In this document: piece after piece, positions 51,681-63,753 of the stretch | Layout of the letters: each line of letters starts with the position of its first letter | Position numbering within the stretch: the stretch's first letter is position 1 | Assembly (NCBI GenBank): GCA_963575745.1 | Contig: CAUYUJ010000159.1 | Coordinates: forward strand, 62,001-126,000 | Direction of reading: 5' to 3' | From: Prorocentrum cordatum | Lineage: Eukaryota | Length of the DNA stretch: 64,000 nt | Notes under the pieces: model-generated | What the model was told of the DNA's origin: nothing | The model's database searches: none | The model's input: the letters and a program-made list of their open reading frames with translations, nothing else | Program-made: the position numbers and the translations under genes

Positions 51681-52847
51681 TCAGCTGAGAGCGGAGCGCG
51701 GGCGCCCGCGGCCCCTTGCCGACAGCGACCTCCGAGCGTTGGCGGGCCGCTCCCCTCGCGGGCGCGGGGGCTCCGCTGGCTCGCTGTGGAACTGGCGCGG
51801 CCCAGGATGGATCCCCACGGCGCTGCAGACCCGCCCGGGCACAGCGGAAACCCACGGAGGCCCGTCGGACATGCTGGCGGCTGCGTCGCGGCCGGCCGGC
51901 AGCATAGCGCCCAGCTCGGGCGGCGTGAGCAAATCGCCCACGCGCCGGCCCGAGGCGCGGTCGCCCGGGCGAGCCCCGACTTTCGCGCCAGAGCCCTGCA
52001 GCTCGGGAAGGTCGCCGAAGGTGTGCGGCTCGCCCACGCGCCGGCCCGAGGCGCGGTAGCCCGGGCCGGTTCTGACTTCCACGCCAGAGCCCTGCAGCTC
52101 GGGAAGGTCGCCGAAGGTGTGCGGCTCGCCCACGCGCCGGCCCGAGGCGCGGTAGCCCAGGCCGGTTCTGACTTCCGCGCCAGAGCCCTGCAACTCGGGA
52201 AGGTCGCCGAGGGTGCGCGGCTCGCTCGCGAGCCGGCCCGAGGCGCGGCGGCCCGGGCGAAGCTCGCCGAGAGTCAGCGAGGTCGGAGCTCCTGGCTGCC
52301 GCAGCCAAGGCAGCCCGCAACTGCGGGGGGCCCACTCGTCCTCGGCGGCGGCCAGGTCGGGCCGAGGGAGCCTGGCGCCCGCCCTGGGGGGCTCTGGGGA
52401 CCCGTCGGAGCTGCCCGCGGTCGATGTGGCGCCGCTCGTCTGGTCGCACGCCCCTTCGCTGCCGGCCGGCCCAGCCCTGGGCAGCTCGGGCGGAGAGGCG
52501 GGCAGCCGGCCCGCCGCGCCGTGGTGCAGGAGAGGCTTCACTCCCGCGGCGGAGCTCTCGCCGAGGGCCCGCGAGGTCGGAGGCCCAGCAGCTCGCAGCC
52601 CGCAGGGCCTGCGGATGCTGTGGGGGCGGCCGCCGCACAGCTTGCGCACGGCGTGGCGGAGCCACCTGACCGCCGCGGGGCGCTCGCTGTTACTCCTGGG
52701 CTTCGAGGGCGCCCTCGGCGCCGGCGCCTCCGCCCATGCCTGCGCGGGCACCGGCCGCGGCAGCTGATCGTCGACGTTCTGGAGCGTGCCAGCCACGACG
52801 TCCGCCATTGCCGTTGTGTCCACCTTCTGCGGGCGTCCCTGGGGCAA
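51681..52847 (-). CDS. Possible coding exon or ORF (388 aa) containing 96-bp (32-aa) tandem repeats at ~51935-52270
   Basis: CCGGCCCGAGGCGCGG recurs at 51945, 52041, 52137 and 52233, an exact frame-preserving 96-bp period. No recognisable domain. Confidence 0.3.
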   Translation of the reverse strand: MPQGRPQKVDTTAMADVVAGTLQNVDDQLPRPVPAQAWAEAPAPRAPSKPRSNSERPAAVRWLRHAVRKLCGGRPHSIRRPCGLRAAGPPTSRALGESSAAGVKPLLHHGAAGRLPASPPELPRAGPAGSEGACDQTSGATSTAGSSDGSPEPPRAGARLPRPDLAAAEDEWAPRSCGLPWLRQPGAPTSLTLGELRPGRRASGRLASEPRTLGDLPELQGSGAEVRTGLGYRASGRRVGEPHTFGDLPELQGSGVEVRTGPGYRASGRRVGEPHTFGDLPELQGSGAKVGARPGDRASGRRVGDLLTPPELGAMLPAGRDAAASMSDGPPWVSAVPGRVCSAVGIHPGPRQFHSEPAEPPRPRGERPANARRSLSARGRGRPRSALS

Positions 52848-53014
52848 GGAACGGGGATCGCGGCGACGAGGGGCGCCTACTTGCTCCGCAATATTGAACC
52901 AATGTTGTTACTGACGATGACGATGACGATGATGATGCTCACGACGACGGTGGGGACGATGTCGACCACGACCGTTGATCAAGTACTACAGCCGTGTGGT
53001 CGGAAAAGTAATCG

Positions 53015-53167
53015 TACTAGTAGCAGTAGCAGTAGCAGTAGCAGTAGTAGTAATAGTAGTAGTAGTAGTAGTAATAGTAGTAGTAGTAGTAATAGTAGTA
53101 GTAGTAGTAGTAGTAATAGTAGTAGTAGTAGTAGTAGTAGGAGTAGTAGTAGTAGTAGTAATAATAA

Positions 53168-53198
<31 letters not shown>

Positions 53199-53546
53199 CG
53201 TTGTAGTAGTACAGGAAGTCGTACTAGTAGTAGTAGTTGTAGTTGTGGTCGTAGTCGTAGTGGTAGTATTCGTGGTGATGGTGGTAGTAGTAGTGTTAGT
53301 ATTAGTGGTAGTAGCAGTACCAGTAGTGGCAGTCGTAGTAGTGATAGTACGAGGACTATGTCGTAGTCGTTGTTTTTGTCGCTGTCGTTGTCGTAGTAGC
53401 AGTAGCAGTAGTAGAACATGTAGTAGTGGTAGTCGCCGTCGTACAAGTGGTACTACGAGAAGTAGTTTTGGTAGTAGTGGTAGTACTAGTAGTAGTAGTA
53501 GTAGTAGTGGTAGTAGTAGTTGTTGTTGTGGTAGTAGTAGTGGTAA

Positions 53547-53579
<33 letters not shown>

Positions 53580-53737
53580 CCAACGTCGAAGTCGAAGTCG
53601 AAGCCGACGTCGTAGTAACAAGTCGTCGTAGCAGTAGCAGTGGTAGTAGTAGGAGTCATGGTAGTAGTCGTTCTAGTCGTTGTAGTCGAAGTCGTACTCG
53701 CAGTAGTAACAGTAGTAGTAGTAGTAGTAGTAGTAGC

Positions 53738-53773
<36 letters not shown>

Positions 53774-54032
53774 TGCAGTACTACGAGTAGTCCTCGTAGT
53801 AGTCGCAGTAGTAGTTGTAGTAGTAGAAGTACTAGAGTTGGTGGTCGTGGTGAGGGTGGTGGTGGTTGGTGATAGTCGTAGTCGTTGCAGTAGTGGTAGC
53901 AGCAGCAGCAGTAGTAGTAGTAGTAGTACAAATCGCAGTAAACGCAGTAGTAGTGGTAGTAGTAGGGATAGTGGTAGCCGTAGTAGTCGTTGTAGTAATA
54001 GCAATAGTCGTAATAGTACGTGTAGTAGTAGC

Positions 54033-54067
<35 letters not shown>

Positions 54068-54224
54068 TGGTAGTGGTAGTGGTAGGGTAGTGGTGGTAGT
54101 AAAAGACGGGGTAGAGTTATAAGTACTAGTAGTAGTAGTAGTAGTAGTAGTAGGAGTAGTAGTAGTAGTCGTAGTAGTAGTAGTCGTAGTAGTAGTAGTA
54201 GTCGTAGTAGTAGTAGTAGTCGCC

Positions 54225-54267
<43 letters not shown>

Positions 54268-54343
54268 ACGTAGTAGTAGTAGTAGTAGTAGTAGTAGTCG
54301 TAGTAGTCGTAGTAGTTAGTAGTAGTAGTAGTAGTAGCAGTAA

Positions 54344-54377
<34 letters not shown>

Positions 54378-54490
54378 CGTAGTAGTAGTAGTAGTAGTAG
54401 TAGTCGCCGTAGTAGTAGTAGTAGTAGACGTAGTAGTAGTAGTAGTAGTAGTAGTCGTAGTAGTCGTAGTAGTAGTAGTAGTAGCAGTAA

Positions 54491-54538
<48 letters not shown>

Positions 54539-54552
54539 TCGTAGTAGTAGTC

Positions 54553-54585
<33 letters not shown>

Positions 54586-54760
54586 TGGAATCGTACTATT
54601 AGTAGCAGAAGTAATAGCAGTAATAGCTGTAGTAATACTAGTCGTAGCAGTTGTTGTTGTGGTCGCCGGCGTCGCCGTCGCCGTCGCCGTCGTAGTAGTA
54701 GCAGTCGGTGCAGTAGTAATAATAGTCGCAGAAGTAGTAATAGTTGTAGTACTCGTAGTC

Positions 54761-54796
<36 letters not shown>

Positions 54797-55044
54797 ATAG
54801 CAGTCGTAGTAGTAGTACCAGGAGTCGTAGTAGTCGTCGTCGTAGTAGTAGTAGTAGTAGTAGTAGCCGTAGTACTAGTAGTAGAAATAGTAGTGGTCGT
54901 AGTGATCGTAATAGTATTAGTCGTATCAGTCGTATTAGTAGTAGTAATAGTAATAGTAGTAGTAGTAGTAGCAGTAGTAGTAGCAGTAGTAGTAGTAGTA
55001 ATAGTAGTAGTGGTCGTCGTCGTCGTAGTAGTGGTAGTACCAGC

Positions 55045-55077
<33 letters not shown>

Positions 55078-55078
55078 C

Positions 55079-55120
<42 letters not shown>

Positions 55121-55323
55121 GTAAACGCAGTGGTATTAGTCGTAGTAGTAGTAGTAGTAGTAGCAGAAGTAGTAGTAGCAGTAGTAGTAATAGTAGTAGT
55201 AGTAGTACTAGTACTAGAGGTGACAGGAGTGGTAGTAGTAGTAGTAGGCGTCGCCGCCGTAGTAGTAATACTGGTCGGAGTAGTAGTAGTAGTACTAGTA
55301 GTAGTAGTAGTAGTAGTAGTAGA

Positions 55324-55361
<38 letters not shown>

Positions 55362-55520
55362 TAGTAGTAATAGTAGTCGTAGTAGTAGTAATAGTAGTAA
55401 CCGTAGTAGAAGTAGTCGTAATAGTAAGAGTAACAGTAACAGCAGTTGTATCAATCGTAATTAGCAGTAGGAGTAATCATAGTATTCGTAGTTCGCAATC
55501 GCAGTGGCAACCGTAGTCGC
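53015..55520. repeat. ~2.5-kb degenerate (TAG)n microsatellite
   Basis: Directly visible. Confidence 0.97.
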
Positions 55521-56379
55521 GATGAAGAGACGCCAAACAGGAAGGTCTGGTGGAGAAAGGGGTGGGCAGGAGAAGAAGGACCGCCACGACCACCACCTCA
55601 CGTTGAAAACAAGGTCTCGGGGTAGCAAACCGAAGGTTCGAAACGCATATGATGCTTGAGAAGCGCGTGCAGGTTGGAGTTCATGTTGAATTGCGCATGT
55701 CCCATATTCAAAGAATGTTCCTTGGAATTGAGGAGGGGCCATAACTGGTTCATAGGTGCGCAGCAGGCACAGGTTTCAGAGGAATTTATTTGGATTCGAA
55801 TGCGCACCAAATAGGAATTCAATAAACATGATCCTGTGCTCAAAATATCTCGGATGGGATTTGCATGAATTATCGGAAGGGTTCAGATAGGAATGGGACA
55901 GGCCCCTCGGTCAGAGGATTCCGATTGAATTCGCGCGGAACCATCGGAGGAATTCAACAGGGATTGGGCAATAACAAACGGATTGCGAGTAGATTGGAAT
56001 TTGGACCTGGTGGGAATTCGGTAGGTCTAGAACAGATCCCAGATTCAGACGATTCTTTGGATTTGCATCGGAGCCTGATGGGAATTCGGTAGAGATTTAG
56101 ACGACCGAGATCAATCACATGTTTTTGATTTGAAACCAAAGAACTCGCAGGAAACGAACAGGATTGGGACATGCCCCAGGAACGCGTTTCTTTATCATCG
56201 GCCATGACGGTCGTCATGGGGGGGGGGGAGGGGGGGCATGACGTGACGCCCCCCCCCCCACCGTGCGGCTCGAGCACCGCAGTCGCGCCCGCGCGCGCGA
56301 CGACGACGATCGACGAGCGACGAGCGGCGAGGACGAGGACGAGGACGATGCGAGCAGCATGTAAGTGGCGACCTGCCCC

Positions 56380-56459
56380 ACCGCGCCTGTGTGCACCACA
56401 GCAGTCGCGTGCACCGCAGCACTTGTGTACACCACAGCGCCTGCGTACACCGCAACAGC
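56380..56459 (+). repeat. 18/21-bp GTGTACACCACAGCGCCT satellite, left part
   Basis: Same repeat family as 63754-63975. Confidence 0.8.
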
Positions 56460-57225
56460 AGTTTTTTCTTTTTCCCAACCCTCCTTGGTTGGGTATTCGT
56501 TTTGAATAGAGCAGTGTGGTCGCGTCTCCTCCCGCCTCCCTCCTGCCTCCTGCCTGCCTCCTCCTGTCTTGCCTGCGGGGGGCTGCGATCTGCGAAACTG
56601 TCGCCACTTTCGAGGCCTGCTGGGGGGCCCAGCGCAGTGAGGGCCACGGGCGGACCCAAATTAGACCTCGCCATCCCTGGGGGGCTGCGGCCTGCGAAAC
56701 TGTCGCCATTTTCGAGGCCTGCTGGGGGGGGCAGCACAGTGAGGGCCACGGGCGGACCCAAATTAGACCTCGCCATCCCTGGGGGGCTGCGATCTGTGAA
56801 ACTGTCGCCACTTTCGAGGCCTGCTGGGGGGCCCAACACAGCGAGGGCCACGGGCGGACCCAAATTAGACCTCGCCATCCCTGGGGGGCCGCGATCTGCG
56901 AAACTGTCGCCATTTTCGAGGCCTGCTGGGGGGCCCAGCACAGTGAGGGCCACGGGCGGACCCAAATTAGACCTCGCCGTCCCTGGGGGGCTGCGATCTG
57001 CGAAATTGTCGCCATTTTCGAAGCCTGCTGGGGGGCCCAGCACAGTGATGCCACGCGCGGACCCAAATTAGACCTCGCCGTCCCTGGGGGGGCTGCGATC
57101 TGTGAACCTGTCGCCACTTTCGAGGCCTGCTGGGGGGCCCAGCACAGTGACGCGCTACGCGGATCCACAATAGACCTCGCCGCAGACTCGAGTTAGACCT
57201 CGCCATCTCTCGGGGGCTGCGGCAT
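56460..57225 (-). repeat. ~102-bp satellite array (about 6.5 units) with purine linker, 3' hairpin and A-rich tail, copy B
   Basis: Units at ~56582, 56684, 56786, 56888, 56990 and 57092. Hairpin CCCAACC-CTCCTT-GGTTGGG at 56474-56493. T-rich tract at 56462-56473. Confidence 0.9.
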
Positions 57226-57532
57226 GAGATCCCCGCTTTCGAAGTGGCCAGGGGTGCTCAGGGATTGTAACTAATCAGCTTTATCTAGTTTTTGTCCTGT
57301 AGCCAGTGTCCTGCGAGTCTCCCGAATTCCGCCTGCAGACATATGTAGCCCTCGCTCCGTCACCGCCCCCCTTATAAAGTGTCCTAAACTATTTGCGCCC
57401 CGCGTTTGCGCAGGGGTTGGGTGCGTCGCCAGGGCAATTGTCTTCTTATTCTTCTTCTTCTTCTTCTTCTTCTTCCTTCCCCCCTCTTCCCATTTTTGCC
57501 TGCGCGGCGGGCAGGCGGGGGGGCCCCAAGAG

Positions 57533-60500
57533 TCAGCCCCCCCTGTCTGTGCGGCGCTTCTCGGCCCTCGGCGAAAGATCAAGGCTCGGCGCCGCGGAAG
57601 GCAAGGCGGCCTGCGCTGAGGCCACCGAGCTCGAGAGGCCAGCCACCTCTCCAGCTGCAGCGTCGGGGAGGCGCGCACCGCTGGCCGGGCGCACCCCTCG
57701 GCGAATTCTGTCGCCCCTGAGGCGGCGGATGCGGCCTGCATCCCCTTCGTCTGGGACGCGCATGCTCGAGAGCGCCTTGAAGGAGCCAAGGCGCTCGCGC
57801 GCGCACGCGTTGCACCTATTGCAAACGACGCAGCCGCGGCGCCGCTGCAGCACATGCCCGAGCTCGTCGCGCGCAGAGGACAGAGCGGGCGGCACAGCGG
57901 GGGCCGAGGGAGCCGCCCCCTCGGCAGACTCGTCGGCGGGAACCAAAGGCGCACTGGCTACGCCGAGCTCTGCGCGCTCAAGAGGGGGCCGCGACCTGTC
58001 GCCGCTGCCTCCGACGGCGCCAGCGCGAGAACGGTCCGCCCTGCGCCCCCTCCAAGCAGCCATGAGGGGGTCAGCGGCACTCGAAGGCTGGCGCCCCTCA
58101 GCGGCGGGCCTCACACTGGAGCCCGCGGGGGGCCCACGAGGCCTGCGAGGCGCTCGGCGGGCGGGGCCGCTCGCGGCGGCGGTGCTGCCGGTGTCGCCGC
58201 CGCCGCCCTCGGCGCTGCCACCTCCACCGTGTCCCCCAGCAGTGGCAGCCGCGATGGCGGCTGCCGCCAACGCAGCGCCCGCAGCAGCGCTGGAGGCGGG
58301 GGCCCGCGTGGCCCCTGAGGCCACCGCCTTGGACTTGCAAGGGCCCCTGAAGAGCACCTGCTTGGACTTCTCGGTGCGCGCCGTCTTGAGGCGCGCCTGG
58401 CAGCGCCACGAGCCGTCGGCCTGCGTCGCGAAGACATGGCTCGTGAGGCTAAGGCCGATGCGGTTGCCGACGTCGCGCTGCACGTAGCCCTGAGCGCCGT
58501 CGCCCCAGGCGGCCCCCGCTGGCGTGCCGGCCTTGGCCAGCCAGCGCGCAACACCGTCCACAATGACGACAGCCTGCTTGCACCTCAAACTTGCCTCGGG
58601 AGGGGGTCCGAGCGCCGCGGCGATGCCACCTGCCACGAGGTCCACCTCGAAGTTGCCGCGCCTCTGCTTGAGCGCGATGGCGCCCTCTCGAACTTGGCGA
58701 AGGGGCGCGTGGCCAGGCACCTTGACCACCGTGAGGCCGCGGTCCGAGAGGCCGCCGAAGCCGTCGAGGGCCGCCCGCGCCATCCGCCACAGGCGCCCCC
58801 ACGCGGAGGATGCGAGGGTGGCGCGCTCGGCCCCGCCGTCCACCACGAAACTGGCGTCGCAGTGCAGGACAATGGGCGGGATGGAGCGCCGCAGCACGAT
58901 GAGCACCGACAGCAGCTCCGAGCCCTCGATGCTCTGCCACGGGCCGACGAGCGGCGACCCAAGCGCCTTGGTCCTGCTGCCAGGCCCTGGGTCGGCGTTG
59001 TCGCTGACGGGCGGCAGCTCGACCACCGCCGCTGCGCCTTGGGCGCCCCGCCCACCAGCAAGCGCGGCGCCGTGCAGGGCGCCGTCGCAGTGCAGGGGCT
59101 GGCCGCAGAAGGGCTCGCCTGGCTCGCCGCGGCACCAGCGCAGGTGGTCCAGGAATCCGCCTGCAGGCGGCCGCCGCTGCATCCAAGGGATCGGGAAAAG
59201 CAGCCTCTCGACGAGCATCCTGATCACCTGGTTGTCGCGCTGCGCCAGCAGGAGCGCCATCTCCCGCGGCAAATCGCCTCCATCAGGTAGACGAGTGAGG
59301 GCCTGGCACTCGAGATGCCTGTGCCAGAGGTCGCCCCGCTGCCCTGGGCAGAGCTCGCAGAAGTCCGAGGAGGCATACCTCGGGTTGTTGCCGAACTTCC
59401 TGACGTTGGTCCACTGGCCGCTCACGATGCACGACCTGAGGTAGCCGCGCTCCTCGTTGGTGGCGGTGGGCCAGCTCCTGCCCACCTTCGAGGAGGGTCG
59501 TCCTCGGTCGACCCACTTCCGCATCTGCCCGAAGTTGATGCCGACGGCCAGCCAAGGGGCGTCGTGCTCGCTCAGCTGGCGGGCCTGCCAGTCCTCGCAG
59601 CTGCGCCGAAGAAGCTTCTTGGTCATCCACGGGCTGGTGTCGCCGATGCAGTGGGCGTCGCCCGCGTCGGAAGTCCACTTGCCCAGCTGCTCGCACTGCC
59701 ATCCGACGCGCCGCAGGGAGAGGGCGGCGGCGGAGATGGGCCCGCGGGCCTGACTCCACTGGCCGACGTGGCGGACTGCAGCTGCAGAGGCCGTCTCCAG
59801 TGCCTTCTTGGGCAGCCACTGCTCCCAGACGGCTCGGTGCAGCGTGCTGATGGGGTCGAGCGTGGCCTTGACGATGGGGTCGTAGTCGGCTCCGATGAGG
59901 GCCAGGGCCGCGGTGGCGCTCTTACCCGCGGGCCGCAGCTCGATGGCCTTCACGGCCATGGTTCTGGCCAGCTGGAGCTCGGCGTCGCTCAGGCCCGTGC
60001 GGCAAACCCCGTAGGCGTAGCTGGCCTCCAGCCCCTGCTTCGCCACGCGGGCTGCGATCCTGCGGCGGCAAGCGGGGCCGAGGAGGCGGCGAAGCCTCGG
60101 CACTCGCCGCGAAGCCTGCTTGAGCCGCCCCTTGCGCACGTTCCTGGGCATCTTGATGCCGACGGCGAAGTCCACGCCCAGGTTGCGAGCTCCTCGAACC
60201 GCGCGCGCCTTGGTAGACGCGGCCAGCCTGCCCTCGAGGTCCTTGGCCAACTGCGGCGAGTCGACGAGGAGCACCGACTTCTTGGTAGCCACGAAGATGT
60301 CCACCTTGCGCAGCTCCTTGGCCACGCTGGTGACGCTGGCCACGATGGAGTCGGCCACCCGCATGCCGCCCCCGACCCGCTGGAAGACTAGGTCGTCGAC
60401 GACGACCGACGGCGCGATGCTCGGCGACGCGCGGACCGCGCGGTCGAGCGGCGTGAGCAGGATCAGCTTCATGAGCGTGGTGGCCCACATGTCGCCTGCC

Positions 60501-62580
60501 AGGACCGTCTGGCCCGCCTCGATGAAGTCCGAGGCGGCTCCGCGGAGCTCGAGGGCCCGCGGAGCTCGGTACAGCGAAATCTGGAGCTTGACTACCCAGA
60601 GGGGGAAGTCGTGCTCGGCCGCCGAGGTGCTGGTGCCCGATCTGCTCGAAGGCCTTCCATAGGTCCAATCCAGGTCGGGCTGCTCGTCGCGCTTGGCCTT
60701 CAGCCACTCACTCCATACAAGCTGCTGCCATACAGCTCGCTCACAGGACTTGCCTGCCGTAGCCCGCCAGAAGGCCCGCGGGTGAACGGCCTCCCAGTCA
60801 CGGGCGAGGCCGCGGCGAAGGCGCCCGTGCACGCGCACGAGAGCCGCGAGGAGGGCGATCGGCCTGACGCCGCCCCCCCGCCTGGCAATGCAGACCAGCT
60901 TCGTGATGAAGTTGGACCAGCAGCACTCGAGCTCGACCCTCTCCAGGGGGGCTGCGATGGCCCCCACGCCGTCGCCGCCAAGGGCGTCGAAGTGGCGCGG
61001 GCAAAAGGCGTCGAAAGAAGTGTCCGTGGTCTGCGAGAAGGGCGTGAAGACCTTGCGCAACTCCGCGACGGTGGGGCGCGGCGGCCTGGCGCCGGGGCCT
61101 CCATCAGGCCAGGCCAGATCTGCCGTCGCCCTCCCAATGTTCCAGTGGCGCGACCACTCCTCGACGAGAAGCTGCACCGCCTGCATCTGGCCTGCTGTCG
61201 TCGGGACGGGTTTGCCCTCCGCCCCGCTGCCGCCGTCGGCGCAAGTGGGGCTTGGATGCCACTGCGCGGGCTCCTTGGTGAAGGCGCGCAGCGCGCTGCC
61301 TCCAAGCAAGGCCTGCTACTCGATCCAATCGCCGAACCTGGACTTGGCCCGCCTGATCGCGGAGGCGGCGAACATGTCGCCCACGTCGTCCACCAGCACC
61401 GCGACAGCGCGGAGGGCGGCGCTCGGCAGGTAGTCGAAGGCGCTGCACAGGAGGGCAAGCGCGTTGCCGAGACGGCTCTGCTGCTGGCCTCCGTCGGCGT
61501 GCTGGACGCAGCGGTGCCAGGCGCGCCGCGGGCGGTTGATCTGCTGCCGTCCACGCCCATGGGCACCGATGACGTCCAGGGATGAGGCGTTCTTGGCGAC
61601 CATGGACCACTGCTTGACCCAGCACGTTTGGATGTCCAGCCTGGGGCAGCGCGGCATCTTGGGCACGCTGGCGCGAATCCAGTGGAGCATGGGAGGGGCC
61701 GCTCGCCCCCTGTAGAGGTCGCCGTGCTCGTTGAGGCCGCAGCGGTCAATCAGCTCGTCCTCAGCGACACTGATGATGGCTTGCCACGCGTCGTCGACGG
61801 TGGGGGCGCGCGGCGCGGCTGGCTGCGCGGCGGCCCAGGCTGGGCCGAAGTCCTGGGGGCAGCAGCCAGTCGGCAGCGGCCGCGGGAAGGGCTTGGGCGA
61901 CTGCATCACCTGCACCCAAGGCCGCACCTGGCCCGTGATCACCTCGAGCAAGACAGGTCGGTGAGGGCCGAAATCCCAGTCCTGGAGGGTCGTGGCCTCG
62001 GCCGCCGCGAAGCAGGAGGAGACCGCGAAGTAGTCCAGCACGCGCTCGGCGGGTCGGCAAGTGCCGCTCGCAGGAGCGACGGTGTAGCCGCCCAGCTGCG
62101 CGAGCCATGGGGCCTGGGCAAGGTCGGCGGGCTCCATGTTGAAGTCTCCGCAAATGATGAACGGCGGGCCGACCACCAGGACCGCTCTCCGCACGGCCTC
62201 CAGTATAGCCATGTTGGCGGCCGACAGCCCCTCGCCCGTATGCAGGTGTTGACCCACGAGATCCCGCCTCGCATGAAGCCGCCGTGGCGCAGGATGGCGG
62301 CGCGGCCAGGGACGAGGAATGGGGGCGGCCCCATGCCGCCTGGGGGCCAGGCAGTGCAGGCCGCCGTGGCCAGGCTTGCCGCCCTCCGCGTCGGTGGCGG
62401 CGCACGCGAGGGCATGCCAGCCCAGGCGGTCGAAGGCCGCGCTAGCCTCGGCTGCGCGCGGCGCGGAGAGGTGCGTCTCCTGGACGGCGACGAAGTCACA
62501 GCTGACGAGCTCGTCCGTGCCCACGAAGCCCATGAATGTGGAGTGGGCGTTCGGGTTGATGGTGAGCCCGCGCCAAAGCG
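57533..62580 (-). pseudogene. LINE ORF2 (APE-RT-RNase H) with an in-frame TAG at 61316-61318 and local frameshifts
   Basis: APE: LTINPN, VQETHL, GDFNMEP, LDYFAV, PHRPV. RT: RPIALL, LDLWKAFE (only in a shifted frame, ~60640-60675), VLAGDMWA, VVDDL, RNLGVD. RNase H: HCDGA, QSIEGSELL, LHCDA, VKVPGH, GNFEVDLVA. Confidence 0.9.
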
Positions 62581-62937
62581 CGCATGCAGCTGCACCAGCA
62601 GCCCTGCAACTACCCCTTGGGGGTCCATCGACCCGCAGCTTCTTGTCGACGTGCTCGCGGGGGCAGCTGAGGGCGGTGGCCAGGCGCTTGGGCTCAGTGT
62701 CGCCAGCGCACACCATATACAGGCCACCAGGATCCGACTCGCAAAGGCTGCAGGGTGACCATGCTGTCGGGCGGGGGCGGCGCCTCGACGGTGACGCCCA
62801 TGGGGCCAGCACCTGCGGGGCCGCCTGCCCCGCATGCTGGGGCCGCTGGAGCTGCCGCCGCCGCTGCAGCTGCAGGCGGAGGCGGCGGCGCCGCCGCCTT
62901 TGACCAGTTCGATAACCTCTGCGAGCAGGTCCTGCGG

Positions 62938-63588
62938 CTACTTCTCGGCAACGTCGACGGCCGAGAGCTTATCCAGGAGGCTGGCGGCGGGCACGACCTC
63001 TGGCACGACGAAGACCTTGGCCGCGGCAGCCCTGGCCTCCTCGCGCTCTGCCTCGATGGCCTTGCACTTGCGCTGCGCCTCCTCGAGCGCCAGCATCGCC
63101 TTGACCGCGGCTGCCGCCAGGCGCTGCACGGTCTTGGCGGCCTCGAACGCCCGCTGGTCGACGCGCTTGAAGTTCTGAGTGGCCTCGTGCGCTGCGAAGG
63201 CCCCGCAGGCGCCAGGCCCGCCTGCGGCGACGGCGCGGCGCGCGTCGACCTTGGCGACCGTGGCCTTCGCGAGCACCTTGCGGTACTCTGCCCAGGCCTC
63301 GTCGCTGAGCGCCGCAGCCTGCTCGATGGCCTTCTCGTCCAGCTTGGGCCAGAAGGTGGCCTCCTGGGTGGGCTGCTGGCCGTTGGCGCCCTTGGGCCCC
63401 GTGCGCAGCCAAGGCGGGGCGCCGCCGCCGCCTTGCCCGCGCCCACTGACACCTGGGCCCTTGCGGTCACGCCCGCCGCCGCCACTCTGGCCCTGCCAGC
63501 GCCGCTGCTTGCTGCGCCGACAGAAGGCACACGCCTGCAGTTTGAAGGGGTTGTAGCCGCCGCACCCGCACAGCCAGTAGGAAGACAT
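62938..63588 (-). CDS. LINE ORF1 with an N-terminal RanBP2-type zinc finger and a coiled coil
   Basis: WLCGCGGYNPFKLQACAFC fits W-x-C-x(1,4)-C-x3-N-x6-C-x2-C. It is followed by a Gly-rich segment and an Ala/Glu/Lys-rich helical region. Confidence 0.7.
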   Translation of the reverse strand: MSSYWLCGCGGYNPFKLQACAFCRRSKQRRWQGQSGGGGRDRKGPGVSGRGQGGGGAPPWLRTGPKGANGQQPTQEATFWPKLDEKAIEQAAALSDEAWAEYRKVLAKATVAKVDARRAVAAGGPGACGAFAAHEATQNFKRVDQRAFEAAKTVQRLAAAAVKAMLALEEAQRKCKAIEAEREEARAAAAKVFVVPEVVPAASLLDKLSAVDVAEK

Positions 63589-63731
63589 CGCTGGCCAAAT
63601 ATCTCCAACTGCTGGGGGCGAGAGAGCAGCGACTTCTGCTCGGCAGCGCGCAGCTCGACCGAGGATGGAAAGCCAACAGGGTACGTCCGCGGACTAGCGG
63701 TGTCCACGCCGCCTCTCGGGAGACGTGGCAT

Positions 63732-63753
63732 CTTGAGCCAAAATGGCTACGGA
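63732..63753 (-). other. Perfect dinoflagellate spliced leader (TCCGTAGCCATTTTGGCTCAAG) fused to the LINE 5' end
   Basis: 22/22 match to DCCGTAGCCATTTTGGCTCAAG. It is followed by ATGCC rather than a GT donor, so it is not an SL RNA gene. Confidence 0.97.

Larger units (their letters stand above)
57441..63753 (-). mobile_element. Full-length, decayed LINE (ORF1, APE, RT, RNase H) starting exactly at a perfect DinoSL and ending in an (AAG)n tail
   Basis: SL at 63732-63753, ORF1, ORF2 domains in order, and (TTC)n on the + strand at 57441-57476. Confidence 0.9.

Noticed and set aside
52975..55516. Long poly-Val, poly-Ser, poly-Leu and poly-Thr ORFs (similar ones at 2.6-3 kb, 16-17.5 kb, 32-34 kb and 37.7-38.2 kb)
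   Set aside because: These are stop-free reading frames of trinucleotide microsatellites, not genes.
55520..56200. AT-richer segment with short ORFs and GGAATTC-like motifs
   Set aside because: No domain, repeat unit or terminal structure could be established.
61316..61318. Programmed stop read-through or a variant genetic code between APE and RT
   Set aside because: The same ORF has other lesions, including a frameshifted RT motif 3, so ordinary decay explains the TAG.
63732..63753. SL RNA gene
   Set aside because: The SL exon is not followed by a GT donor or SL intron; it runs straight into LINE sequence.
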